Shown: in pieces, positions 1 through 8,092 of the stretch | Layout of the letters: each line of letters opens with the position of its first letter | Position numbering within the stretch: the first letter of the stretch is position 1 | Source of the DNA: a virus | Taxonomy: Duplodnaviria > Caudoviricetes | IMG/VR virus record: IMGVR_UViG_3300037420_000675 | Coordinates: 1-25,092 of that record | Direction: 5' to 3' (one strand) | DNA length: 25,092 bases | Notes under the pieces: generated by a model | Told to the model about the DNA's origin: nothing | The model's input: the letters and a program-made list of their open reading frames with translations, nothing else | The model's database searches: none | Position numbers and translations under genes: made by a program

Positions 1-45
1 CTATCGCTCAAAGTTGCGTCCTTTCAGACGTTCCCGTGTTGCGGA

Positions 46-2205
46 TTAGTCGGAGGCTTCGGGTTTAGGGCCTTCATCCGTGGTATTTTTTGCAGAAGCA
101 GATTGCTTCTTTAGTTCGAGATTGCCGACGTTGTTCTCGCGGACAGTCTCAATCTTATGGGCTTCTAGTTCGATGTGGGCTTCGTGCTCCATCCGCTTGA
201 TAGCGGCTTCTTCATCGAACCGTGCGATTTGGGCATAGGCGGAAAGACGTTCAGTCTCAGCCTTGAATTCCTCGATTTCGAGTTTCTTCGCCTCAATCGC
301 GGCCTTAGTCTTGAGGGTCTGGTTCTCCTGCTGAAGCTTGGCAAGCTCCTGCTGAGCCTGCTGCATAGCCTCTTGGATTTGAGCCTGAGCAGCCATAAGC
401 TGCTGCGGGTCGACACTCTGCTCTCCCATCTCGGCCTTTTCCTTGTCGGATAGAAGCTGCGGGGGGATAGTCTTACGGAGACGTTCAGCGAGTTCTTCCG
501 AACCCGGCCAATCCTGGGCCTTGACGACAAGGTCCCCGGCGACTTGCATGATTTCGGGGAAGACCTGAATTGCGTCCATCATCGCCTGAGCCGCCTCGAC
601 ACGACGGGTAGTATAGGAAGCCCCGGTCGTAATCGCTACGTCATACGTTCCAGTGGAGAGGTCCGGGCTTGCCGGGTCCATAGGGTCGTTAATCTTAACG
701 AGCTTGGTGCTCTCGTCTTCTCCGATAATCCGGATGATACGAGTTCCGTCATAAATCTGCGGAATTAGCTGATTAATGACGTCACCGGCTTCAAGAATAG
801 CGGCGTTACCGTTGTCGTAATAAGTCAGTGATGCGACGTCGCCTTCGCGCTGACGGGCCATAATGGCTCGACCAGAAGTCTCATTAGACTTGATGCCTAG
901 GCTGGCATCATGGATGCCTGTGACGTCTTTCATGTCCTGTGTGTTAATCTGTGCTTCATTAAGAAGTGCAGTCTGCATCACAGGAGGTTCGACACGCATC
1001 GGGGCTGCCGAGGCGTCGTCGTTATATACCAACAGTGGGTCGCGGGAGAGGTGTGCCTTACGGAACTGTTCTTCCCTGCCTTCAACAGCGCTTTCTGGTG
1101 CAATCCACTGAGCCTTGGGGGCGTAACCCAACTGCTCGGCTGCTACCGAACGCCAGAAATTTCGCAGCCGGGCGGCGTCCTTCATGAAACGGACCAAACC
1201 GTAACGGACGCGACGTTCACCTAATGAAACCGTCCGGCCCGACATACGGATAATCGGGAGACGGTTGATTTGATATTCATACGGACCGGCGAGGATTTTA
1301 TAGCCGGTGACAAGATGCATCTGAGCAAATCTAACCGGAGCGATACGAGACTTAATCAGTCCTCCGTGCTGCTCCTGAAGCTGTTCGAGCTTTTCACCAT
1401 CGATGACGTGGATGCTGCCGTCCTCGAACATCCCGAGGAAACGCTTCCGCTCAATCATCCGCCAGTGCTCGGTGACTTTCACCGTGCCGTCATCAATCCA
1501 GCCGGAGTTCCGCATCGTCCGCTTCTCGGTATCCGAAAGGGTCGACGGGTCGTCATCAGGCCACTGCCGTTTGAACTCCTTCGTAGGGAGGGTGTCATCG
1601 ACGAAACAACGGCGGGCATCCCGACCAGTAGGGTCGATAGAGAGACGGTCCCAAACCACCGAGAGACAGTCTTCGATAGGAAGGAACGTAATCTCTTGGT
1701 CAAAGACGTCATCGCAAGAATACTGAACACCTACACGAAACGCACCGTCGCCACACTGTATCATGCTCTCGAAGGTATTATCTAAGATACGGTCGGCACG
1801 AGACTTCGTGTGAATAGACCTGATGAGGTCAGACCGGATATCCGCAATTTCCTTATCACCGTTCTCACCGGGAATTACCTTGGCGGCATTCCGGTTCTCA
1901 CGCCAGTCTCCGACAAGCTGAGCAGTGAACTGCGGCATCGTGTTAATGACGAGACACGGAAGGCCTGAACGCTGTTGCAGGACTTGTGGGTCCCACTGGT
2001 CGCCTGCGACGAACTTCTTATCCTCTAGTGCGGCCTTACGGTTATCACTATCGGCCTCTAGGTCGAGTTCGTAGTTCTCACGGAGGTCTTGTAGATAATC
2101 CTCGACAGTGTCGAAACCTTCCGGGACATACTTCGCCTCAGGCTTCTTCAGTTCATCGCTGTCGAAACTGAGGGTATCGACCTCGTAGGCTTCGTCTTCT
2201 TTCAT
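46..2205 (-). CDS. Portal protein, P22 gp1-like
   Basis: 719 aa, immediately downstream of TerL. Has P22-type portal motifs (GDQWD..RSGLPCLVIN, YGLVRFMKDAARLRNFW, MKDVTGI, ETSGRAIMARQ, GTYDVAITTGASYTTRR) and a Q/E-rich C-terminal coiled-coil barrel. Confidence 0.9.
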   Translation of the reverse strand: MKEDEAYEVDTLSFDSDELKKPEAKYVPEGFDTVEDYLQDLRENYELDLEADSDNRKAALEDKKFVAGDQWDPQVLQQRSGLPCLVINTMPQFTAQLVGDWRENRNAAKVIPGENGDKEIADIRSDLIRSIHTKSRADRILDNTFESMIQCGDGAFRVGVQYSCDDVFDQEITFLPIEDCLSVVWDRLSIDPTGRDARRCFVDDTLPTKEFKRQWPDDDPSTLSDTEKRTMRNSGWIDDGTVKVTEHWRMIERKRFLGMFEDGSIHVIDGEKLEQLQEQHGGLIKSRIAPVRFAQMHLVTGYKILAGPYEYQINRLPIIRMSGRTVSLGERRVRYGLVRFMKDAARLRNFWRSVAAEQLGYAPKAQWIAPESAVEGREEQFRKAHLSRDPLLVYNDDASAAPMRVEPPVMQTALLNEAQINTQDMKDVTGIHDASLGIKSNETSGRAIMARQREGDVASLTYYDNGNAAILEAGDVINQLIPQIYDGTRIIRIIGEDESTKLVKINDPMDPASPDLSTGTYDVAITTGASYTTRRVEAAQAMMDAIQVFPEIMQVAGDLVVKAQDWPGSEELAERLRKTIPPQLLSDKEKAEMGEQSVDPQQLMAAQAQIQEAMQQAQQELAKLQQENQTLKTKAAIEAKKLEIEEFKAETERLSAYAQIARFDEEAAIKRMEHEAHIELEAHKIETVRENNVGNLELKKQSASAKNTTDEGPKPEASD

Positions 2206-2209
2206 ATTT

Positions 2210-3637
2210 TTACCCTACCATCCATGAGGTATCGGTTTCACCGCGAAAAACATTCGCCTTGGTTTCGATACCCGTGATGTCTTTGAGTTTATATCCGGTA
2301 TCTTCAGGTCGCTTACGACGTCCGGTGATACGCTGGAACAGTGACGACAGTCCCCATACAAGGGCGTCGACACGGTCAGGACTGTCGCCGGGATGACGTT
2401 CACCGTCAGGAGTGAAGAGGCACATCTGGTCTTCGAGGTTGTTGAACCTTCCGACGTGATGGACGCGACCTTGCTCATAGAGAGCAGCAATCGGTTCGGC
2501 CCTTACCCTCTTGCCACGGGTTGCCGTGACCAAAGTTACAGGGACATTTCTATCTTTCGACCGAAGCACTGCCTCGACCATTTCGCCGCCTTGGTTTTTC
2601 TCGGCTACGATGCGGTCTGCGTCGAGTTCATGGTATAGTTTGACAGCGGCAGATGCCCATTCATCGGGAGTGCCTCGGAGACTACGGTCAGCGAGGACGT
2701 ATCCTCTTTGAACTCCGTCCGCGTCACGAGCGACACCAACTGCGACAATTCCTGTTTCGTCAGCGTCCTCGCCAGACGTGGCAGCAGGATCGACAGCCAC
2801 GATAATTCTATCGAGGTCAGGGGCTTCCGGCTTCCGGTTACCATCGAGCATGTCTCGGTTCCAGAGGGCTCCGGGCATGTCGTCGAGGATTTCACCTTCG
2901 AGTTCCTGCCGCCCGAGGCGGGTGTTTCCATAGCGTTCTTCGACTTGCTTCAAGAATGGGGCGGCGAGATTAGCGCTGTTGTCATACGTTCTACCCCTCG
3001 TCACGAAACAGGTCGGGTCGTTCACTAGTCGCCGCACAACTGGAATTGGGCGAGGGGTAGTCGTTACGATTTGGCGGGGATGCGTCCCGAGCCGAAGACC
3101 AAACTGAAGCTGGTCCCAAGTCTCTTGGGCATATCGCCACTTAGCTAGCTCGTCGCACCAAGCCAAATCAAACTGAGGTCCACGAAGCTGGTCGGGCTCG
3201 ACGGCGTTAAACAGGATTGCCTGTGCACCGTTAGGCCACTCTACCAGACGCTTCGAGGGATAATATGTCGGACGGAAGTCTTTGGGGTGACATGCAAGTA
3301 ACCCTGCCGGACCTAGCACCATGACGTCACGGGCATCCGGTGCAGTCTCGGCGACTAGGGCGATGTGTTTGCAACGACCCGGAGAGAGGGGGGTGTCGCC
3401 ACATACGTTATGCCGGACCCATTCGGCTCCCGTCCTTGTTTTGCCGAACCCGCGTCCGGCTAGAATAAGCCACGTCGTCCAGTCACCCTCAGGCTCCAAT
3501 TGATTAGGCCGTGCCCAAAACCTCCAATTATATCGAAGGGCGGCTCTGGCGGCAGGGGATAGACTGTCCATGAATTTCTGCTGCTCGTCCTCAGGCAAGT
3601 CAGCCATGATTTGAGCAGGAGAAATCATATCAGACAA
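2210..3637 (-). CDS. terL: Terminase large subunit (GTA-like/Terminase_6 type)
   Basis: Walker A GRGFGKT, LRGPQF, Walker B AWCDE, coupling motif TTTP, RLGRQEL and nuclease motifs VAVDP and SPDRVDALVW. The true start may be ATG at 3628. Confidence 0.95.
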   Translation of the reverse strand: MSDMISPAQIMADLPEDEQQKFMDSLSPAARAALRYNWRFWARPNQLEPEGDWTTWLILAGRGFGKTRTGAEWVRHNVCGDTPLSPGRCKHIALVAETAPDARDVMVLGPAGLLACHPKDFRPTYYPSKRLVEWPNGAQAILFNAVEPDQLRGPQFDLAWCDELAKWRYAQETWDQLQFGLRLGTHPRQIVTTTPRPIPVVRRLVNDPTCFVTRGRTYDNSANLAAPFLKQVEERYGNTRLGRQELEGEILDDMPGALWNRDMLDGNRKPEAPDLDRIIVAVDPAATSGEDADETGIVAVGVARDADGVQRGYVLADRSLRGTPDEWASAAVKLYHELDADRIVAEKNQGGEMVEAVLRSKDRNVPVTLVTATRGKRVRAEPIAALYEQGRVHHVGRFNNLEDQMCLFTPDGERHPGDSPDRVDALVWGLSSLFQRITGRRKRPEDTGYKLKDITGIETKANVFRGETDTSWMVG

Positions 3638-4175
3638 TGTGGACTTCTTTCTTTTGGTTGTTCTTTTGTCTCATCGACTTGAGCATGTTAATGACGTTAG
3701 CGGCTTCTTCATCAATCTGCCGCTGTTCAATCTCGATTGCCCCACCGTCCTTGCCGGTGATTTCTTGCTTATCGATGAACAGGCCCTTGAGACGGGCCAG
3801 GAGTTCATAACCTCGGAGCTTATCGCCAGCCTTATTGGCTTCTTCATGGATAATACCGATGATACCTTGGATGATATAGTCGGCATCAATCGATAGGATT
3901 TTGGCTGCACGGCTCGTCGTGAGATGGTCGATGTAAGTCGAAACGCCTTTGTTCTTTAGAAGCTGTGACGCCTGACGGTCTGGATAATTCGCTGAATACC
4001 CTGCACGAACCGCTGCCGCAGCACCGTTAAAATCGACGGAGTATTCTTCACAAAATCTACGCTGACGGTAAGTGAGAGCCTGTCCGAGGGCTTCCATGTC
4101 CATTGCTTCGAGAGCCTTACGGACTGCTGGACTTTCGGGACGTTCGGGGTCATGGGGGATTTTAGCCTTTGCCAT
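3630..4175 (-). CDS. terS: Terminase small subunit
   Basis: HTH signature LTYRQRRFCEEY..DFNGAAAAVRAGYS and C-terminal KQEITGKDGGAI. Directly upstream of TerL. Confidence 0.88.
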   Translation of the reverse strand: MAKAKIPHDPERPESPAVRKALEAMDMEALGQALTYRQRRFCEEYSVDFNGAAAAVRAGYSANYPDRQASQLLKNKGVSTYIDHLTTSRAAKILSIDADYIIQGIIGIIHEEANKAGDKLRGYELLARLKGLFIDKQEITGKDGGAIEIEQRQIDEEAANVINMLKSMRQKNNQKKEVHIV

Positions 4176-4519
4176 TATCGTTGCCTGAGTTTAGAGAACA
4201 ACGCCTTCAGTATCATAGGAACACCGTCCGAGGAATGAGGGGCCTGAGGCTGTCCTTGGCCCTGTAATTCTTCAGGGGTGACTGCGTCATCGACTACCTG
4301 GCCGATGTCGTATAGGTTGTTGGACTTTGGTTCCGAACCGTCAGCAGCCTCGCCCTTGCTACCAGGATTAAAAAGTGCGCCTCCTAAGCCGTTGCCAGAA
4401 ATCGCTCCGTAGCCGGGAATAAGGGTTCCTGCGACATCCTTGAAGGCATCGCTTCCAAACAGGCCTTTGCCGCTGGCAAGACCGAAGGCAGGGGAGATAG
4501 ACCCGAGGATTTTACCCAA
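4175..4519 (-). CDS. Hypothetical Gly-rich protein
   Basis: 114 aa, TTG start after AAAGGA. The stop overlaps the terS start (TAATG). Confidence 0.65.
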   Translation of the reverse strand: MGKILGSISPAFGLASGKGLFGSDAFKDVAGTLIPGYGAISGNGLGGALFNPGSKGEAADGSEPKSNNLYDIGQVVDDAVTPEELQGQGQPQAPHSSDGVPMILKALFSKLRQR

Positions 4520-4524
4520 TTACT

Positions 4525-4797
4525 TTATCCTTTGGCATGGCCCCCTTTGGAGTTCCTCTTGAAGGAACGATTGACTGAAGGCGGTTGAAGTAGGAGATTT
4601 TTGAGAGAGTTGTTCCGGGTGTTGTTATCCCGGTGGGCTACGTCCTTGCCGTCGCCTTTAGCGGCCTTGCCTGCCGAAATCATCTTGGCTCTGGCGGCGT
4701 TTCGTTCTGAACGACGTCGGATTTGCTCTGGCTTAGAGTTATACTTGGCTTGGGTTCTGGCCCTGGCCTCTTTAGTCTGTCCGTGTGTTCTCGTCAT
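4525..4797 (-). CDS. Small basic HNH-like protein, packaging-associated
   Basis: GDGKDVAH...NNSLKNL......NR resembles the short HNH proteins found beside phage terminases. Confidence 0.65.
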   Translation of the reverse strand: MTRTHGQTKEARARTQAKYNSKPEQIRRRSERNAARAKMISAGKAAKGDGKDVAHRDNNTRNNSLKNLLLQPPSVNRSFKRNSKGGHAKG

Positions 4798-4981
4798 TGT
4801 CGATGCGTCTAGCCCTGAAAATCAACTGGTTGAGACTGTCTAGTTCGAACTCGATTTCATGGATGAGACCGCAATCGCAGCACTGCATCAGATATCCTAA
4901 TCCTTCGGTAGGATTTGGGACCGGATGTATCCACTCAGACCACCCATCTTCCTCGACTTCTACTAGTTCGCATTGCCTCAT
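4772..4981 (-). CDS. Hypothetical Zn-binding protein, probably leaderless
   Basis: 69 aa from ATG 4981, with GWSEWIHP...MQCCDCGLIH. The longer track ORF (5029) runs through the promoter and is unlikely. Confidence 0.65.
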   Translation of the reverse strand: MRQCELVEVEEDGWSEWIHPVPNPTEGLGYLMQCCDCGLIHEIEFELDSLNQLIFRARRIDNDENTRTD

Positions 4982-4987
4982 ACACAC

Positions 4988-5016
4988 ATTATAACAATTT
5001 CGGTTGTGAAAGTCAA
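4988..5016 (-). promoter_or_regulatory. sigma70 promoter driving the packaging arm
   Basis: TTGACT-17bp-TATAAT on the minus strand, with an extended TG. Confidence 0.8.
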
Positions 5017-5062
5017 GTAAAATCAACACATTCTGGTTGTTTTTGTTTTTTTTTCTAAAATT

Positions 5063-5079
5063 TTGGCAAGTCTTGCCAG
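5063..5079. repeat. 17-bp palindrome copy 1
   Basis: TTGGCAAGTCTTGCCAG, between the divergent promoters. Confidence 0.9.
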
Positions 5080-5138
5080 ATTTCGGGGGAACCGGGGGTA
5101 GGGGGCAGGAGGGGGAGACGTCGAAGACAAGAAAATAC

Positions 5139-5167
5139 TTGACAGAATTGTTTTTCTATGCTAAAAT
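5139..5167 (+). promoter_or_regulatory. sigma70 promoter (rightward)
   Basis: TTGACA-17bp-TAAAAT with an extended TG. Confidence 0.8.
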
Positions 5168-5493
5168 ATCTATTAAAGAAGAAGTATAAGAAGAATATAA
5201 GAATAATAGTAAGAAGAATATAAAAAGAACTATAAGAATGATTTGATAATAACTATGTCTATAGATTTGATATAGGCACGGGGCCGAAAACCTTCCTCCG
5301 GAGCAATGCCCTAAAACGTCAAATTTTTTCTGTAGTCCTGAGAGCAGCCTACCCACCGCAGAAGACATTCTCAATCTCACCCTCCCCCCGCCTCGTTGTC
5401 ACCCCTCCGCGTTCTTCCCTTGGCTTGCTAGAGCCCGGCGGGTCTGTCCCCCATCACCTAGATGTAATGATATATCGTTGTTGCGATCTGGTG

Positions 5494-5510
5494 TCGGCAA
5501 GCCTTGCCAA
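5494..5510. repeat. 17-bp palindrome copy 2
   Basis: TCGGCAAGCCTTGCCAA. Confidence 0.85.
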
Positions 5511-5513
5511 AGA

Positions 5514-5652
5514 GATGCCCTAGTCGGTCACAGGATGCCTCTAGATGCCCGTAGGATGCCCGTAGAGCGCATGGATGGAGCGGCGGGGACTTCCCCCTGT
5601 TTTCTCTCTAGAGCCTCTAGAATAGCCTAGGATTGCCCCTATCAGGCTCTAG
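5514..5652. repeat. Short tandem GATGCC..TAG / CTAG-rich repeats (putative terminus/pac region)
   Basis: GATGCCCTAG 5514, GATGCCTCTAG 5534, GATGCCCGTAG 5544 and 5555, then further CTAG units at 5608, 5617, 5627 and 5649. Confidence 0.6.
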
Positions 5653-5747
5653 ACGGCTGGAAGGTATGATCCCAAGAGGCTTGCAACCCCTTATTCCTGT
5701 CTTTATAGCGGCTTCGCCGCTTAGGCACGGCTCTTTGACATGACAGG

Positions 5748-5782
5748 CAACAGACGGCTCTAGCAAGTCGTGGGCAAGTATT
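5748..5782 (+). repeat. 35-bp inverted repeat, left arm
   Basis: CAACAGACGGCTCTAGCAAGTCGTGGGCAAGTATT matches the reverse complement of 6291-6325 at 34/35. Confidence 0.9.
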
Positions 5783-5828
5783 CCTTATGTCGTTCGCACG
5801 AACGGCCCGGAATACGAAAGGATTGCCC

Positions 5829-6071
5829 ATGAAAACTGAACTAGCCCGTGCCATGCTCGGACGTTTCGATCTGATAGCTTTAAGAGAAATTGCTAACGGG
5901 TTTCAGAAATGTTCCGATGAATTAACGGGATACGCAAAAGAAGCCTTAGACCAAGGAACCGGGTTAATGCCTGACTACTTGGCTGACGCCACTGAATACG
6001 AACAAATGGCAATGCTTCTTAAGTCGATGGTTCGTAGAAAGATTGTGTTAGAGGGAAATAGACATGACTAA
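5829..6071 (+). CDS. Hypothetical early protein
   Basis: 80 aa. RBS GAAAGGA precedes ATG 5829. Confidence 0.7.
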   Translation: MKTELARAMLGRFDLIALREIANGFQKCSDELTGYAKEALDQGTGLMPDYLADATEYEQMAMLLKSMVRRKIVLEGNRHD

Positions 6072-6288
6072 GACAAGTAAATCCACGCTTCGCTATGTCG
6101 CCAAACAAGGCTGGCAATTGTTTCTGACGCGAGGGATTAACAGTTCAACAGTCGCCGGGTTTTGGATTCATAGTCTTTGCGATGAATTCGGAACGGTCGT
6201 TCTAGTGTATTCGCATGAAGGAACGCCTGAAAACCCGTCCGAACTACTGTATTCTGTTAACCCGCCTAAGTCTTGGAATAATCTCTAA
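6064..6288 (+). CDS. Hypothetical early protein
   Basis: 74 aa, RBS GAGGGA, overlaps the upstream stop. Confidence 0.65.
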   Translation: MTKTSKSTLRYVAKQGWQLFLTRGINSSTVAGFWIHSLCDEFGTVVLVYSHEGTPENPSELLYSVNPPKSWNNL

Positions 6289-6290
6289 TC

Positions 6291-6325
6291 AATACTTGCC
6301 CACGACTTACTAGAGCCGTCTGTTG
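6291..6325 (-). repeat. 35-bp inverted repeat, right arm
   Basis: AATACTTGCCCACGACTTACTAGAGCCGTCTGTTG, partner of 5748-5782. Confidence 0.9.
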
Positions 6326-6342
6326 TAACAGAAAGGAAAAAC

Positions 6343-6477
6343 ATGACTGAGGCAATTATTCACGAACGATTCGGGCTAGTCTTTCAAGAAACTAAGGGAC
6401 GTTATACAACCCGGAAGTTTGTGACTTGGGAAAACAAAGTATCTCAAGCCAAAGAACTTGAAAGGATAGTTAAATGA
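6343..6477 (+). CDS. Small hypothetical protein (44 aa, not in ORF track)
   Basis: RBS GAAAGGA, MTEAIIHERFGLVFQETKGRY...ERIVK, ATGA overlap with the next gene. Confidence 0.65.
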   Translation: MTEAIIHERFGLVFQETKGRYTTRKFVTWENKVSQAKELERIVK

Positions 6478-6662
6478 AGAAAGTAACTGGCTCTCCGTTT
6501 GCGATAGACTATTCCGATAAAGAACAAGTCATCGCATTTGCCAATAAATTAGGCAAGGGAATGACAGTCTATAAAGACCCCTCTAGGTCTAATTATAACA
6601 TAACCCATACAAGTAGGACAGACCTATACTTGCCGGATTGGGTTGTCTTTCAAACCAAATAG
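6474..6662 (+). CDS. Hypothetical early protein
   Basis: 62 aa, RBS GAAAGGA, followed by a terminator. Confidence 0.7.
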   Translation: MKKVTGSPFAIDYSDKEQVIAFANKLGKGMTVYKDPSRSNYNITHTSRTDLYLPDWVVFQTK

Positions 6663-6668
6663 TTACAC

Positions 6669-6706
6669 AAGGGGCTAGGCTTTCGGGCTTGGCCCCTTTT
6701 TCTTTT
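6669..6706 (+). terminator. Rho-independent terminator
   Basis: AAGGGGCTAGGC-TTTCGG-GCTTGGCCCCTT hairpin followed by a T-rich tract. Confidence 0.85.
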
Positions 6707-6714
6707 GCTGTTCT

Positions 6715-6731
6715 TCGGCAAGACTTGCCAA
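6715..6731. repeat. 17-bp palindrome copy 3
   Basis: TCGGCAAGACTTGCCAA, at the start of the left arm of the ~60-bp inverted repeat. Confidence 0.88.
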
Positions 6732-6734
6732 GTA

Positions 6735-6802
6735 GAACATAACGAGAACAAAACAAGAACAAAACGTGAATATCTACCCCGTCAAGGGAACAAAACGTGA
6801 AC
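6735..6802. promoter_or_regulatory. Cluster of alphaproteobacterial LexA (SOS) boxes GAAC-N7-GAAC
   Basis: GAAC at 6735, 6746 and 6757 and GAAT at 6768 (11-bp period), plus GAACAAAACGTGAAC at 6788-6802. Confidence 0.75.
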
Positions 6803-6852
6803 ATAGCATTAACGATTTGTAATGTCCTGTTCATCTTGTGTTAATAAAACCC

Positions 6853-6861
6853 TGCTATACT
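6853..6861 (+). promoter_or_regulatory. Extended -10 promoter candidate
   Basis: TGCTATACT with no clear -35, downstream of the LexA boxes. Confidence 0.4.
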
Positions 6862-6999
6862 CAGGGCACGAACGGGCAGGATTATACGGCGATACTCGGT
6901 TCGTCGCATTTTCCTAACGGTTCGTCGCAAAGCGCTAGAACGGGCTTCCGTTTCGTGCATTGTGTCTTTGCCGCTCTATGCCTTCGGGCTTGGAACGGT

Positions 7000-7016
7000 C
7001 TGGCAAGCCTTGCCAA
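7000..7016. repeat. 17-bp palindrome copy 4
   Basis: CTGGCAAGCCTTGCCAA, flanked by two GCCTTCGGGC mini-hairpins. Confidence 0.88.
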
Positions 7017-7139
7017 GCCTTCGGGCCAACAGGGTTTGCCAGTCTTTGACACTGTGAACCCTAACCAATCCCACGCTTGGGTGATAAACCGGCGCTAAGG
7101 GAAGGGGCTTGCTGTGTCTTGCCTTCTCCCTCTTCGCGT

Positions 7140-7156
7140 CTGGCAAGTCTTGCCAA
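7140..7156. repeat. 17-bp palindrome copy 5
   Basis: CTGGCAAGTCTTGCCAA, just upstream of the RBS of gene 7184. Confidence 0.9.
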
Positions 7157-7183
7157 GTTCGGGAAAGACAGAAGGAAAATACA

Positions 7184-8092
7184 ATGACTAATCGCAAGAA
7201 CCGCGCTCCACTTCAGCCGACGACTGGCGAGACTGAGACTGTTACGCAGGAACGTCCCGCCCATATCAATAGCGGCGACAAGGCGCGCGGCGCGGTTAAT
7301 TCACGCGAAAACCAAACGACTACGCAACCGGAACCGTCACCCGCCGTAACGGCGCTAGGCGACCATCCGGTTTCGGATAAGGTCGTTACGCTTCGCCAGA
7401 AGGGATTGCTCGGCGCACGGCGCGCCTTGCTTTCGGAAACTGGCGCGGCGAAACACGCAATCCTTACTGATACGAAGCAACGGCTGACTGAAGCCGCTGA
7501 CTTGTTCAATGAGGGCGGCGAGAAAGCCGCTGAAGGCAAGGCAATCGCTGACCAAGCGGCTGTTACGCTTTTCAAAGCCCGTGCAGACGGGGTTATCTCC
7601 GGCGAAGAACTTTCGTCTATGCTAGGCGATAGTTTCGGCTGGAAAGCGAAGAAGGGAGATAAAACCCGCCCTGTGAAGGGTGGCGACCCTGACGCGAGTA
7701 AAACCCCGTTTGGACAGGGTGAGGCAATCCGGAAGCGGGTCGTTCGTGCCGTTCAGGCGGACGAATATGTCAACGACGTCGACGCGTCTAAGTTCTTTGA
7801 CGGGCTTCCTAAACAGGAAGTCAGCGACGTTCTTTCGCGCGTCAGGAACGACAGTCTTTCTATTTGGTCGGCATATGACATGCTCGGCGATATCAAGCGG
7901 GAAAACGTCACCCGCTTGGAACCGGCATTTGACCCGAAGGCTGTTGCCAAGTTCGTCGAGGCGTTGCGCTCTCCAAAGGCGCCTGAACGCTTCGCCGCTA
8001 ATCCTGACTTACAGGATGCCTATCTTGCCCTGTATGACATGATTGTTGAAGTCGATAGGGAAGCGTCCGCGCTTCTCCGGAAGGCTTCTTAA
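7184..8092 (+). CDS. Hypothetical helical protein (302 aa)
   Basis: RBS GAAGGA before ATG 7184. Long Ala/charged-rich ORF with no family recognised. Confidence 0.85.
   Translation: MTNRKNRAPLQPTTGETETVTQERPAHINSGDKARGAVNSRENQTTTQPEPSPAVTALGDHPVSDKVVTLRQKGLLGARRALLSETGAAKHAILTDTKQRLTEAADLFNEGGEKAAEGKAIADQAAVTLFKARADGVISGEELSSMLGDSFGWKAKKGDKTRPVKGGDPDASKTPFGQGEAIRKRVVRAVQADEYVNDVDASKFFDGLPKQEVSDVLSRVRNDSLSIWSAYDMLGDIKRENVTRLEPAFDPKAVAKFVEALRSPKAPERFAANPDLQDAYLALYDMIVEVDREASALLRKAS

Noticed and set aside
1-25. Start of the next minus-strand gene (GAAAGGA then TTG at 11), probably scaffolding protein
   Set aside because: Only three codons are visible, so the product cannot be supported.
6191-6202. 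Gram-positive SOS box GAAC-N4-GTTC
   Set aside because: It is a single occurrence inside a coding region, compatible with chance.
6808-6824. CtrA site (TTAA-N7-TTAA)
   Set aside because: Only one good half-site is present, which is too weak to call.
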